From: an uncultured Acidobacteriota bacterium
GTDB lineage: Bacteria > Acidobacteriota > Vicinamibacteria > Vicinamibacterales > UBA8438
Reading direction: 5' to 3'
Assembly: GCA_913043225.1 (NCBI GenBank)
Contig: CAJWLU010000007.1
Location: forward strand, 64,001 to 128,000
DNA: 64,000 bases
Shown here one piece after another: positions 38,699 to 47,455 of the stretch. Position 1 is the first letter of the stretch. The number at the start of each line of letters is the position of its first letter. The position numbers and the translations under genes are program-made. The notes below the pieces were generated by a model, which searched no databases, had not been told where the DNA came from, and worked only from the letters and a program-made list of their open reading frames with translations.

Positions 38699-39685
38699 AT
38701 GAGCCATGTGACCCGTCCGATGAGTGCCAGCCCAAACTCTCGTCTCACGCGCCTACCGACCAGGGCCGGCGTAACACCGACGAGCATCCGACTGATCCGG
38801 GACATCTACGCCGAAGCGAAAGCAGTCGATCGACCGGTCATGTCGATCGAACTCTTCCCTCCAAAGACCGAGAAGGGCAACGCCACGCTGTTCGACCGGA
38901 CTCTCCCCGCCCTGCAAGCGCTCGGTCCAGACTTCTATTCCGTCACCTACGGCGCTGGCGGCAGCACCAGAGACAAAACGCTCGAGCTAGCCGATGCGAT
39001 CCAGCGACGTCATCAGACGACGACGATGGCGCACCTCACCTGTATCAGCACCACGCTTGCCGACATCGGACGCTACCTCGACGACGCACGGAGCCGCGGG
39101 ATCCGCAACATCTTGGCGCTACGCGGTGATCCGCCGCAGGCCCCCGAGGAACATCGATCTAGCGGGACAGGCTTCGAGTATTCCTACCAGTTGGTGGAGT
39201 TCATCCGCGAGAGGAGCGGCTTCTCGATCGGCACCGCGGGTTTCCCGGAAAGCCACATTGCATGCACGGAAGGCAGACACGTCGACTGGCAGCGCCTGAA
39301 AGCGAAGATCGATCATGGGGCGGACTTCGTCCTCACCCAGCTCTTCTTCGACAACGACGACTACTTCGCGTTCCGGGACTATCTAGTCGGTGAGCTGGGG
39401 GTCGATGTTCCGCTCACACCGGGGGTACTACCGATCCTCAGCCGTGAGCAGATCACCCGATTCGCGGCGCTCTGTGGCGCCACCCTGCCGTCGAGCCTGC
39501 TGTCGACACTCGAGTCGTTCGGCGACGACACGGCTGCGGTCGCCCATTTCGGCGCAGAGTTCGCGAGCCGACAGTGCGAGGCGCTTCTTGCCGGCGGAGC
39601 GCCGGGCATACACCTCTACTCGCTCAATCGCCCGGAAGGCGCCACCGCGATCTTCGAGCACCTCGGCCTCACCGACCGATCTTGA
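38699..39685 (+). CDS. metF: 5,10-methylenetetrahydrofolate reductase
   Basis: Motifs SIELFPPK, SVTYGAGG, AHLTC, LALRGD, TQLFFD and HLYSLN. Start uncertain. Confidence 0.93.
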   Translation: MSHVTRPMSASPNSRLTRLPTRAGVTPTSIRLIRDIYAEAKAVDRPVMSIELFPPKTEKGNATLFDRTLPALQALGPDFYSVTYGAGGSTRDKTLELADAIQRRHQTTTMAHLTCISTTLADIGRYLDDARSRGIRNILALRGDPPQAPEEHRSSGTGFEYSYQLVEFIRERSGFSIGTAGFPESHIACTEGRHVDWQRLKAKIDHGADFVLTQLFFDNDDYFAFRDYLVGELGVDVPLTPGVLPILSREQITRFAALCGATLPSSLLSTLESFGDDTAAVAHFGAEFASRQCEALLAGGAPGIHLYSLNRPEGATAIFEHLGLTDRS

Positions 39686-39701
39686 GCAGCTCCGCGCGGT
39701 C

Positions 39702-39893
39702 TTACGACCGCTCGATCCACTCGACGAACTTCGACCCGTTAGAGTCGTCGACGATCATCACTCGCGTGACCCGCTGATTTTCGTGAATCAGCGCCTTGAT
39801 CGCCTCGCGCGCCGCCTCCACCGTGTCGTAGCGATCGAAGACGATCGACGAATTCACCGCTCCCCCGCGTACCGTGGGAATCAACTTGAACAT
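39702..39893 (-). CDS. Small hypothetical protein (63 aa)
   Basis: MFKLIPTVRGG...FVEWIERS with natural composition, AGGTG before the ATG and a TATGAT box upstream. Confidence 0.6.
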   Translation of the reverse strand: MFKLIPTVRGGAVNSSIVFDRYDTVEAAREAIKALIHENQRVTRVMIVDDSNGSKFVEWIERS

Positions 39894-40076
39894 AGCACCT
39901 GCAATTCCGTTCAGCGACGACACCGACCGTGTCATGGCGTGAGGAGATCATACGACGACGGCAGGCGTCCTCGCAGCAGTACTTGGATGAGGCTTCGATC
40001 CAAACACCAGTCCTGCTCCGGAGAACTGCTCGGCAGTTCTGCTGATCACCGGCAGAACTGGCGCCTACCTGCGAGG

Positions 40077-41192
40077 CTAGGGCACTGCGAGGGACGACGC
40101 CGGCCACTGACTACGCCCGAGCTTGGTACCTAGGACCAGCTGGACGACTTCGCCGTAGCTCGCCACCCCACTAGTGACCCGGTTGGCCCGCAGGTACTGG
40201 TCGTTAAGACGCCGGGCGCTCTGTTGCACGACGGGGACTACCCGACTCAAGCGTGCGCGGAGCGCCGCGTAGTCCGCGCGTGGCCCGTCGGCGAGCTGGG
40301 CCTCGAGCCACCGCTGGACCTCTTCAGGCAATGCTCCGAGCAGACGGGGCACCAGGAACATCCACCCGCTGTACTGCATCGCCTGATCACCATCCAGACA
40401 GACCAGCCACCCTACGAAGTTGGCTTCCGCTTCATGAGCAAAGCCCGCCAGATGTGCCCATTCGTGCGCCGTCACGAACGGGCGCTCGAATGGCAGCACA
40501 GTGTCGTTGACGAGCACCTGTAGGAAGAACGGGTCGATCATCCCGTCGATGCCAGCCCGCCGGAAGTACGGCGTCAACAGGGAGCGACGAGGGCGCACAC
40601 TTGAGGCAGGTCGGACACCACCAAGCTGGCGCTGGACCCGCTCGAACGCCGGCCCCAGGCGCTCAGGTAGGTCATCGAGCTGCGGCCAGCGCAGGTCGGT
40701 CGTCGTATCAAAGAGCCGGTTGAGCTCGGAGATCGCCGACGCGGTCAGCACCTCCAGGCGCTCCGCGTTGATGGCCGCCGCGTCGTACTCGAGCCTCGAA
40801 GCCAGCGCCTCGCGGCGGTAGTTGAGGCCCCAGGTCGCCAGGAATACGAGATAGAGCGCCGCCGCGGCAACCAGGGTGCCTGCAAAAAGACCGGCCACTG
40901 TCGCGCGTCGACTACCACCGGAGGCGGCAGAGAGACGCCAGACCCACCAACTCACGACCAGGAACGACCCAGCGACCAGCAGCACATCGAATAAGGCGAG
41001 GTCGACGAGGCGGCTGACGGCGGTAATGATGTCTCGAACAAGCGGGTAGAAACCGCCCGCGTACACAACCTCGACCATCCCCCGGGGCATCGGGAGCAAC
41101 GCCATGGCGAGCGCAGCGACCACCACGCCCAGCTGCCACGACAGCGAACGGCGGAACAGCGAGGCGGCTCGGCGTTCACGCGCAGAGATCAT
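40077..41192 (-). CDS. DUF3810 family membrane zincin-like protein
   Basis: Three TM segments, WGLNY.R and HEWAHLAG...EAEANF. Confidence 0.8.
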   Translation of the reverse strand: MISARERRAASLFRRSLSWQLGVVVAALAMALLPMPRGMVEVVYAGGFYPLVRDIITAVSRLVDLALFDVLLVAGSFLVVSWWVWRLSAASGGSRRATVAGLFAGTLVAAAALYLVFLATWGLNYRREALASRLEYDAAAINAERLEVLTASAISELNRLFDTTTDLRWPQLDDLPERLGPAFERVQRQLGGVRPASSVRPRRSLLTPYFRRAGIDGMIDPFFLQVLVNDTVLPFERPFVTAHEWAHLAGFAHEAEANFVGWLVCLDGDQAMQYSGWMFLVPRLLGALPEEVQRWLEAQLADGPRADYAALRARLSRVVPVVQQSARRLNDQYLRANRVTSGVASYGEVVQLVLGTKLGRSQWPASSLAVP

Positions 41193-41267
41193 GGATGGAT
41201 TCCCAGACGGTACGCCAGCCATGATACGCGACCGACAGTGGCACGAGCTCCGGCCATCCGGCTCACC

Positions 41268-41304
41268 CAGGGTGGACCTCATTACGAGGTCCGCCCTGAC
41301 TTTC
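41268..41304 (+). terminator. Orphan hairpin between divergent genes
   Basis: 13-bp stem CAGGGTGGACCTC/GAGGTCCGCCCTG (one G-U pair on the + strand) followed by ACTTTC. Confidence 0.45.
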
Positions 41305-41359
41305 CCTCACGCTCGCGCACACCCCGGGCTCCGCGCCGCTCCGGTGGTACACTCGCCAG

Positions 41360-43441
41360 ATGTCCGACGACGATCTTAAGTGGGGCCACTCCACTGTCGA
41401 CACTGTCTGTCCGCTCGATTGCCCAGACGCCTGCAGCCTCGAGGTCACTGTCGAGAAAGGCAAGCTCGTCAAGATTGACGGTTCGGAGACGCAGTCGACC
41501 ACGTCCGGCTACATCTGCGGCAAGGTCCGACAATTCGACCGGCGCGTTTACGGCGACAAGCGCCTACTGACCCCACTCATTCGCGACGGCCGGCAAGGCG
41601 AGTTCAAACGGGCCAGCTGGGACGACGCGCTGGCGCTGGTGACCAGGCGGATGCGTGAGATACGCGACCGCGACGGCGCCGAGGCGGTCCTCCCCTTTTC
41701 CTATGGCGGCTCGAACGGCCTGCTCACCCAAGACACCATCGATGCACGACTGTTCCGGCAGTTCGGCGCCTCGCGCCTGGCGCGCACGGTCTGCGCCATG
41801 CCAACCAGCACGGCCAATGAGGCTCTCTACGGCAAGATGCCCGGGGTCAGCTACGCGGACTATCGCCATGCCCGGCTGATCGTAGTCTGGGGCGCCAACC
41901 CGTCGAGCACCGGCATCCACCTGGTCCCGCACATCAAGGCAGCACAGGAAGCGGGCGCCGCACTCGTGGTTATCGACCCGCGCCGGACGAATCTCGCGAG
42001 ACAGGCCGACGTGCACCTACCGCTGCGGCCCGGCACCGACGTGGTCATCGCCCTCTCGATCCACCGGTTCCTATTCGAACAGGGCCTCGCAGATGAGACA
42101 TTCCTCGAGACCCATACCGTTGGCGCCGACCGTCTGCGGAGACGGGCGGAGGAGTGGACGTTCGAACGAGCATCCGAGGTCGCCGGCGTCGATCAGGAAC
42201 TACTCGAAAACATCGCTGAGCTGTACGCCGAGATCTCGCCCGCCGTCATTCGATGCGGATGGGGCCTGGAGCGGAACCGAAACGGCGGCAACGCCGCGTT
42301 GTCGGTCCTTGCGCTGCCTGCGGTCGCCGGAAAGTTCGGCGTACGCGGCGGCGGCTACTCGATGAGCAACTCGACCGCTTGGCGGCTCGACGCCGAGCGC
42401 TGGATCGACACCCCGCCCCCCGAGACCCGCACCATCAACATGAACAAGCTGGGTGAGGCGCTGCTCGACTACCGCGACCCACCGGTCCAGATGCTGTTCG
42501 TCTACAACTGCAACCCGGTGGCTACGATGCCGAACCAAAACCGGGTGATTGAAGGCCTGCAGCGGGACGACCTATTCACAGTCGTCTTCGATCAGGTCAT
42601 GACCGACACGGCGTTGCTGGCCGACGTCATCCTTCCAGCCACCACCTTTCTCGAGTCGTACGACGTGGTCCGTGGATATGGCACCGGCAACGTGCTGATG
42701 GGACGGCCTGTCATCGATGCAGTCGGACAATCACGACCCAATGTCGAGGTGTTCTCCGAACTGGCCCAGCGGCTCGAACTGCCCTGTGGCGCCGAGGAAA
42801 CGACAGACGTCGAGACCTTGCTCCAGGTCGGCATGACGCTGCCTGACGAGTTGCGCGCGCCGCTGCTAGAGAACGGCTTCGCCCCGGGCCCGGCTGGCGA
42901 AAACCCGGTGCAGTTCGTGGACGTCCAACCGAGGACACCGGACGAGAAAGTGCACCTCTTCCCGGAGCATCTAGATCAGGAAAGCCCGCAGGGCCTGTAC
43001 CGGTATCGACCGGCAGCCGAGGAGGAGGCCTATCCGCTCACCCTAATTTCGCCCGCGACCGAGAAGACCATCAACTCCAGTCTTGGAGAACTGCGGACCA
43101 GGGCGGCCAGCTTGCAGATGCACCCCAACGACGCCAACCGGCGCGGCCTCTCGACCGGCGACACCGTCCGGATCTTCAACGCGCTCGGAGAGGTGCACAC
43201 GCCGGTGACTATCAACTCCGACATGCGCCCGGGCACGGTCGGCCTCCCCAAAGGACTATGGCGGATGAGCACGCTGAACGGCGCCACAGCCAACGCGCTG
43301 GTCTCGGACGAGCTCACCGACCTGGGCGGCGGGGCGGTCTTCAACGATGCTCGGGTGGAAGTGACCCGGGTGGTGAACGTCAACCTCGATCGGGAGAACC
43401 TCCAGACCTGGGCCACCGACAACGCAGGCCAGGTTCACTAA
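41360..43441 (+). CDS. Molybdopterin (bis-MGD) oxidoreductase, cytoplasmic, uncharacterised subfamily
   Basis: CPLDCPDAC...C 4Fe-4S motif, WGANP, TDTALLADVILPA and a C-terminal MGD-binding domain. No Tat signal. Confidence 0.9.
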   Translation: MSDDDLKWGHSTVDTVCPLDCPDACSLEVTVEKGKLVKIDGSETQSTTSGYICGKVRQFDRRVYGDKRLLTPLIRDGRQGEFKRASWDDALALVTRRMREIRDRDGAEAVLPFSYGGSNGLLTQDTIDARLFRQFGASRLARTVCAMPTSTANEALYGKMPGVSYADYRHARLIVVWGANPSSTGIHLVPHIKAAQEAGAALVVIDPRRTNLARQADVHLPLRPGTDVVIALSIHRFLFEQGLADETFLETHTVGADRLRRRAEEWTFERASEVAGVDQELLENIAELYAEISPAVIRCGWGLERNRNGGNAALSVLALPAVAGKFGVRGGGYSMSNSTAWRLDAERWIDTPPPETRTINMNKLGEALLDYRDPPVQMLFVYNCNPVATMPNQNRVIEGLQRDDLFTVVFDQVMTDTALLADVILPATTFLESYDVVRGYGTGNVLMGRPVIDAVGQSRPNVEVFSELAQRLELPCGAEETTDVETLLQVGMTLPDELRAPLLENGFAPGPAGENPVQFVDVQPRTPDEKVHLFPEHLDQESPQGLYRYRPAAEEEAYPLTLISPATEKTINSSLGELRTRAASLQMHPNDANRRGLSTGDTVRIFNALGEVHTPVTINSDMRPGTVGLPKGLWRMSTLNGATANALVSDELTDLGGGAVFNDARVEVTRVVNVNLDRENLQTWATDNAGQVH

Positions 43442-43451
43442 TCAGGACAGG

Positions 43452-44927
43452 CTATTCCGGTTCGAGCTCAAGGCCGGTGGGAGGAGTGGAGGTCGAGGCC
43501 TCGCGGTCGCTCATTTGGTTGTCTGGATGGACCAGGTCTGCAGGCAGTCCGGCCGGCATCCGCAGGGCGGCCAACAGCGCTGCCGCCGACACCAGCGTCG
43601 CGCCGAAGAACGCACGCTGAATCCCAAGGACCATGTCGTCAGACGTGGCCCCGCTCTTGGACAACGTAGCGGCGATGACGGCACCCAGCACCGCTACTCC
43701 CACCGCGCCACCAATGCTCCGCGTGAACTGCCCGAACGACGTCGCCACCCCGAGGTGACGGCGCGACACGACGTTCTGCATCGCGAGCACCAGCGACAAG
43801 ATGGTCATTCCCAGGCCCATCCCCATCAGGATGAGCACGCCAGGCAAGACCCCAGCCGGGGTGACCTCGTCGATCCGGGACAACCCGAAGAAGCTCGCGG
43901 TCACCGCCACAAGACCAGTCAGCACCATCGGTCGATAACCGACCCGTAGGACGACCCGGCCCGTCACCACGGAGGTGACGACCCACCCCAGGATCAAAGG
44001 TGTCAACGCCTGCCCCGCCTCGACCGGCGTTCCACCGAGACCCTCCTGGACGAAGAGCGGCACGTAGCTGATCGCGCCGAACATCGACACCCCCACGAGT
44101 ACGCCGGTCACCGAGATCGACGCGACCATGCGATCTGACAACAGATCAAGCGGCACCATCGGCTCGAGCGCCCGTCGTTCCACCCGCACCAGCCATACAC
44201 CGCACAGCGCCGCGCCAACATAGGTTGGCAGCACCCACCAGCCGCCGATCCCACCTTCGAACCCGCTCCCGCTTAGCGCGACGATCAACAAGGTGGCCGA
44301 AGCAGTCAGTAGCATCGCCCCGGCATAGTCGACCTGGTAGACCTCTCGGTCCGACCGGTCACGCAGCGCACCCCCCACCGCCAGCGCCGCGGCAATCCCG
44401 AATGGAATGTTCAGGTAAAACACCCACCGCCACGAAAACAGTTCGGTGACATAGCCACCGGTCACCGGCCCCACCACCGAGGCCACACCCCAAACCCCGC
44501 TGAGAAGCCCCTGCATCCGCCCCCGCTCCTCCAGGGTATAGAGATCGCCCAGGACGCTCATCCCGAGCGGCAATAGACCTCCCGCCCCGACCCCTTGAAG
44601 CGCGCGAAATAAAATGAGCGCCGACATCGACTGCGCGGCGCCAGACAACGCCGACCCGAGCAAGAAGAGCCCGACACTCCACAAATAGAAACGACGGCGA
44701 CCGTACAGGTCTGACAGCTTGCCCCAGAGCGGAATCGAGACCGTGGAGGTCAACAAATAGGCCGAGAACACCCAGCTGTAGTGTTCGAGCCCTCCAAGCT
44801 GGGAGGCGACCGTCGGCATCGCGGCGGCTACCACCGTCGTTTCGATGGCGGCAAGGAAAGTGCCGCCAAGCACGCCGGCCGTGGCCACGGCCCGACTCGT
44901 TCTAGTCCTCGGAGCGCGGTCCATCAT
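43452..44927 (-). CDS. MFS efflux transporter (14-TM DHA2-like)
   Basis: Motifs WVFSAYLL, GKLSDLYGRR, RALQGVGAG and WRWVFYLNIP. Confidence 0.9.
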   Translation of the reverse strand: MMDRAPRTRTSRAVATAGVLGGTFLAAIETTVVAAAMPTVASQLGGLEHYSWVFSAYLLTSTVSIPLWGKLSDLYGRRRFYLWSVGLFLLGSALSGAAQSMSALILFRALQGVGAGGLLPLGMSVLGDLYTLEERGRMQGLLSGVWGVASVVGPVTGGYVTELFSWRWVFYLNIPFGIAAALAVGGALRDRSDREVYQVDYAGAMLLTASATLLIVALSGSGFEGGIGGWWVLPTYVGAALCGVWLVRVERRALEPMVPLDLLSDRMVASISVTGVLVGVSMFGAISYVPLFVQEGLGGTPVEAGQALTPLILGWVVTSVVTGRVVLRVGYRPMVLTGLVAVTASFFGLSRIDEVTPAGVLPGVLILMGMGLGMTILSLVLAMQNVVSRRHLGVATSFGQFTRSIGGAVGVAVLGAVIAATLSKSGATSDDMVLGIQRAFFGATLVSAAALLAALRMPAGLPADLVHPDNQMSDREASTSTPPTGLELEPE

Positions 44928-44984
44928 CCGGGTCGCGGTGTGCATGTTACGATTCGGGTAACGATTAACGACCACATACCGACC

Positions 44985-45284
44985 ATGAGTAATTCCACCG
45001 ACGGCCCTCGTCTCGTCAAGTGCGCCAAGTTTCAGCGAGAACTGCCAGGACTGCCAGCCCCCCCCTGGCCGGGTGAGCTGGGCCAGCGAATCTTCGAGAA
45101 CGTGTCAGCCGAAGCCTGGGGGCAATGGGAAGAACGAATGAAAATGCTCCTCAATGAGTACCACCTCAAGCCCTGGGAGAAAGAGGCGCAGGCGCTGGTG
45201 GCGAACTTCATGGAAGAGTTCTTCTTCGGCGAAGGCTCGGCGCTGCCGCCCGAGTTCGTGCCCGAGAACGACAAGGCCCAGTAG
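44985..45284 (+). CDS. yggX: Fe(II)-trafficking / oxidative damage protection protein
   Basis: RLVKCAKF...GL..PPWPGELGQRIFENVS.EAW..W...LLNE. Confidence 0.88.
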   Translation: MSNSTDGPRLVKCAKFQRELPGLPAPPWPGELGQRIFENVSAEAWGQWEERMKMLLNEYHLKPWEKEAQALVANFMEEFFFGEGSALPPEFVPENDKAQ

Positions 45285-45285
45285 C

Positions 45286-46716
45286 TCAGCGAGCTTCCCC
45301 GAGTAAGGGCGCCGCCTCCTCCTCGCTTTGAGCCGGCGTGAGCAGGCTCACCACCACGAGCGTCCCGATCGACAGCGCCAGCGCCGGATACGCGGTCTCC
45401 AGACCGAACAGGTACCCAGGGACTCCGTCCACGGTCCGGATCCGGCCCACGACCTCCCACGCCAGCGTCGTCCCCATCCCGACGAAGATCGAAGCCACGC
45501 CGCCCTGGCGGGTGGCCCGTCGCCACAGCAGGGCGCCGAGCAGCGCCGGCGTAATCCCGGCCCCGTACATCGTGTAGGCCCACAGAGCCATCTCTAGAAT
45601 GGTCGGGAAGAAGTTACCGGCGATGTAGCCCAGCACGCCCAGTAGCACGACGATCGCTCGGGTATAGGCGATCAACTGGCGGTTGGTGACGTCCGGATTG
45701 ATGAACCGCTGGTAGACGTCGCGAATCAGATTCGTCGATGGCGTAAGCAGGAAACTGTTGGCCGTCGACACGATGATGGCTGCGGCGCCACACACCAAGA
45801 TCACGCCCATAAAGTCAGGAAGCACGTCGGTGGCCACCCGGATGACGATCTCCTCTGACTGCGCGTCGGTCAGCCCAGGGGTACTGGCGCTGGCCAGTAT
45901 CCCGGTCGCGTCGATCAGCGTCTCGACCACCATGGTGCCGACGATCCACCCCCCCACCGCGAGACGCGCCGCCCGCTCGTCGCGCGCCGAGAAGAACTTC
46001 TGATACATGTTCGCTTCGCCCAGCAGCAGGAACATCGTGGGCAGGAACAGTGCGAGTGACGCCTGCGGCCCTAGGGTACCGAACACCGACACATGCTGGA
46101 CTGGGAGCGCCGCGAGCGCCGCACCCAGACCACCGACGTCGCCCACCATAAAGATCACGGCCAGCGTCACGCCGACGGTCATCAGCGTCCCATTGCCGAC
46201 GTCCAGGTAGGCAATCGATAACATCCCGGCCAATGCGGTAAACACCACGCAGAACACCATGGTGATCAACGCCCCCGTGTCCGGATCGACCGGCGCAATG
46301 AGCGCCAGCAGCCGGCCACCGCCGCGGAACTGATAGGCCGCGATCGTGGCGTAGGCCAGCACGGTGGTCACGGTGCCCAGCACCCGAGCCGTGGGACCAT
46401 AGCGAAGCTCCAGAATGTCCGGAACGGTGTACTGGGCGATGCGCCGAACCCGTGGCGCGATGAAATACACCAGCGCGATTCCGGCCCAGGCGCCGGCCGA
46501 CTGCCAAAGCGCTGGAAAACCTGCCCGATACCCAAGTCCGGCGCCGCCGAAGAGGCTTCCGGACCCGATCCAGGTGGCCAGCAACGTGAACACGAGTACG
46601 CGGGCCGGCAGGGTACGGCCGGCCACCAAGAAGTCGTCACCCGTCTTGACTCGTCGGCTTCTGACGGTGCCGATCAGCACGAGGATCGACAGATACAGGA
46701 GGACGGCGGTCAGCAT
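45286..46716 (-). CDS. Sodium:solute symporter (SSS) family
   Basis: Motifs DFLVAGR, ATWIGSG, YTVPDILE.RY, YQKFFSA and IVSTANS. Confidence 0.9.
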   Translation of the reverse strand: MLTAVLLYLSILVLIGTVRSRRVKTGDDFLVAGRTLPARVLVFTLLATWIGSGSLFGGAGLGYRAGFPALWQSAGAWAGIALVYFIAPRVRRIAQYTVPDILELRYGPTARVLGTVTTVLAYATIAAYQFRGGGRLLALIAPVDPDTGALITMVFCVVFTALAGMLSIAYLDVGNGTLMTVGVTLAVIFMVGDVGGLGAALAALPVQHVSVFGTLGPQASLALFLPTMFLLLGEANMYQKFFSARDERAARLAVGGWIVGTMVVETLIDATGILASASTPGLTDAQSEEIVIRVATDVLPDFMGVILVCGAAAIIVSTANSFLLTPSTNLIRDVYQRFINPDVTNRQLIAYTRAIVVLLGVLGYIAGNFFPTILEMALWAYTMYGAGITPALLGALLWRRATRQGGVASIFVGMGTTLAWEVVGRIRTVDGVPGYLFGLETAYPALALSIGTLVVVSLLTPAQSEEEAAPLLGEAR

Positions 46717-46753
46717 GAGCCCCTCATGATACTGATATCCTCTGACCGACGCC

Positions 46754-46808
46754 GGCCTACAAGCACCACCGCAAGCGCGACTTCTCCAAGATCCCTGAAG
46801 CGAACGGC
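46754..46808 (+). pseudogene. N-terminal relic of LigD-type protein
   Basis: GLQA(frameshift)HRKRDFSKIPEANG matches the LigD N-terminal motif L..Y..KRDF..TPEP.G. Confidence 0.5.
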
Positions 46809-46874
46809 GCCGCGACGTCCACCCGACGCGGCAAGGGGCCGAAACAGAAGCCGCTAGAATCGGCAGCATTATTC

Positions 46875-47363
46875 ATGCGTCTAGTCGACATTCTCTTGCC
46901 CGAGTACGATCGCGAGATCGAGGCGACGGCAGCTACCCTGTCTCAGCTGCCCGGCGACGGCCTTGGCTGGCGCCCAGAACCGGCTGCCCGCAGCGCAGGC
47001 GAGCTGATCTCCCACCTGGCCGAGATCACACTGTGGGCGGACCCTATCTTGCGAAAGGACGAGATCGACCTCGATGACCGCCGACTGCTCACCGCGGCCG
47101 CGACACTCGCCGAGGCCCAAACCCAGTTTCAGACAGCGGCCGCGGAAGGTCGAAGAGCGCTGGTCGAGAGGATCGACAGCGAGCTGACGGCCGATTGGAC
47201 ACTAGCGCGCGGCGGGACAACGCTCTTTGTCGTGCCCCGCGTCACCGCGCTCCGAGTCCTGGTCCTCAACCATCTCATCCACCATCGGGGACAGCTCACC
47301 GTCTACCTCCGCTCGCTTGGCGCCTCGGTCCCACCGCTATACGGACCTACCCGACAGAGGTAA
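46875..47363 (+). CDS. DinB family protein
   Basis: Motifs ELISHLA and NHLIHHRGQLTVYLR...VPPLYGP. Confidence 0.88.
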   Translation: MRLVDILLPEYDREIEATAATLSQLPGDGLGWRPEPAARSAGELISHLAEITLWADPILRKDEIDLDDRRLLTAAATLAEAQTQFQTAAAEGRRALVERIDSELTADWTLARGGTTLFVVPRVTALRVLVLNHLIHHRGQLTVYLRSLGASVPPLYGPTRQR

Positions 47364-47455
47364 CCTGCACATATCTGCACACGTCTGCACGGCAAGCGCT
47401 GTTCCTGGTATTCAACGGCGCGGGACCCAGCTCCGTCCGGTCGATAACACGATGG

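Noticed and set aside
38520..38700. SAH/SAM riboswitch upstream of metF
   Set aside because: Only AGGCTCGG resembles the SAH motif. The GAGGAGCG and CGCTC elements are missing, and the match overlaps a likely -10 box.
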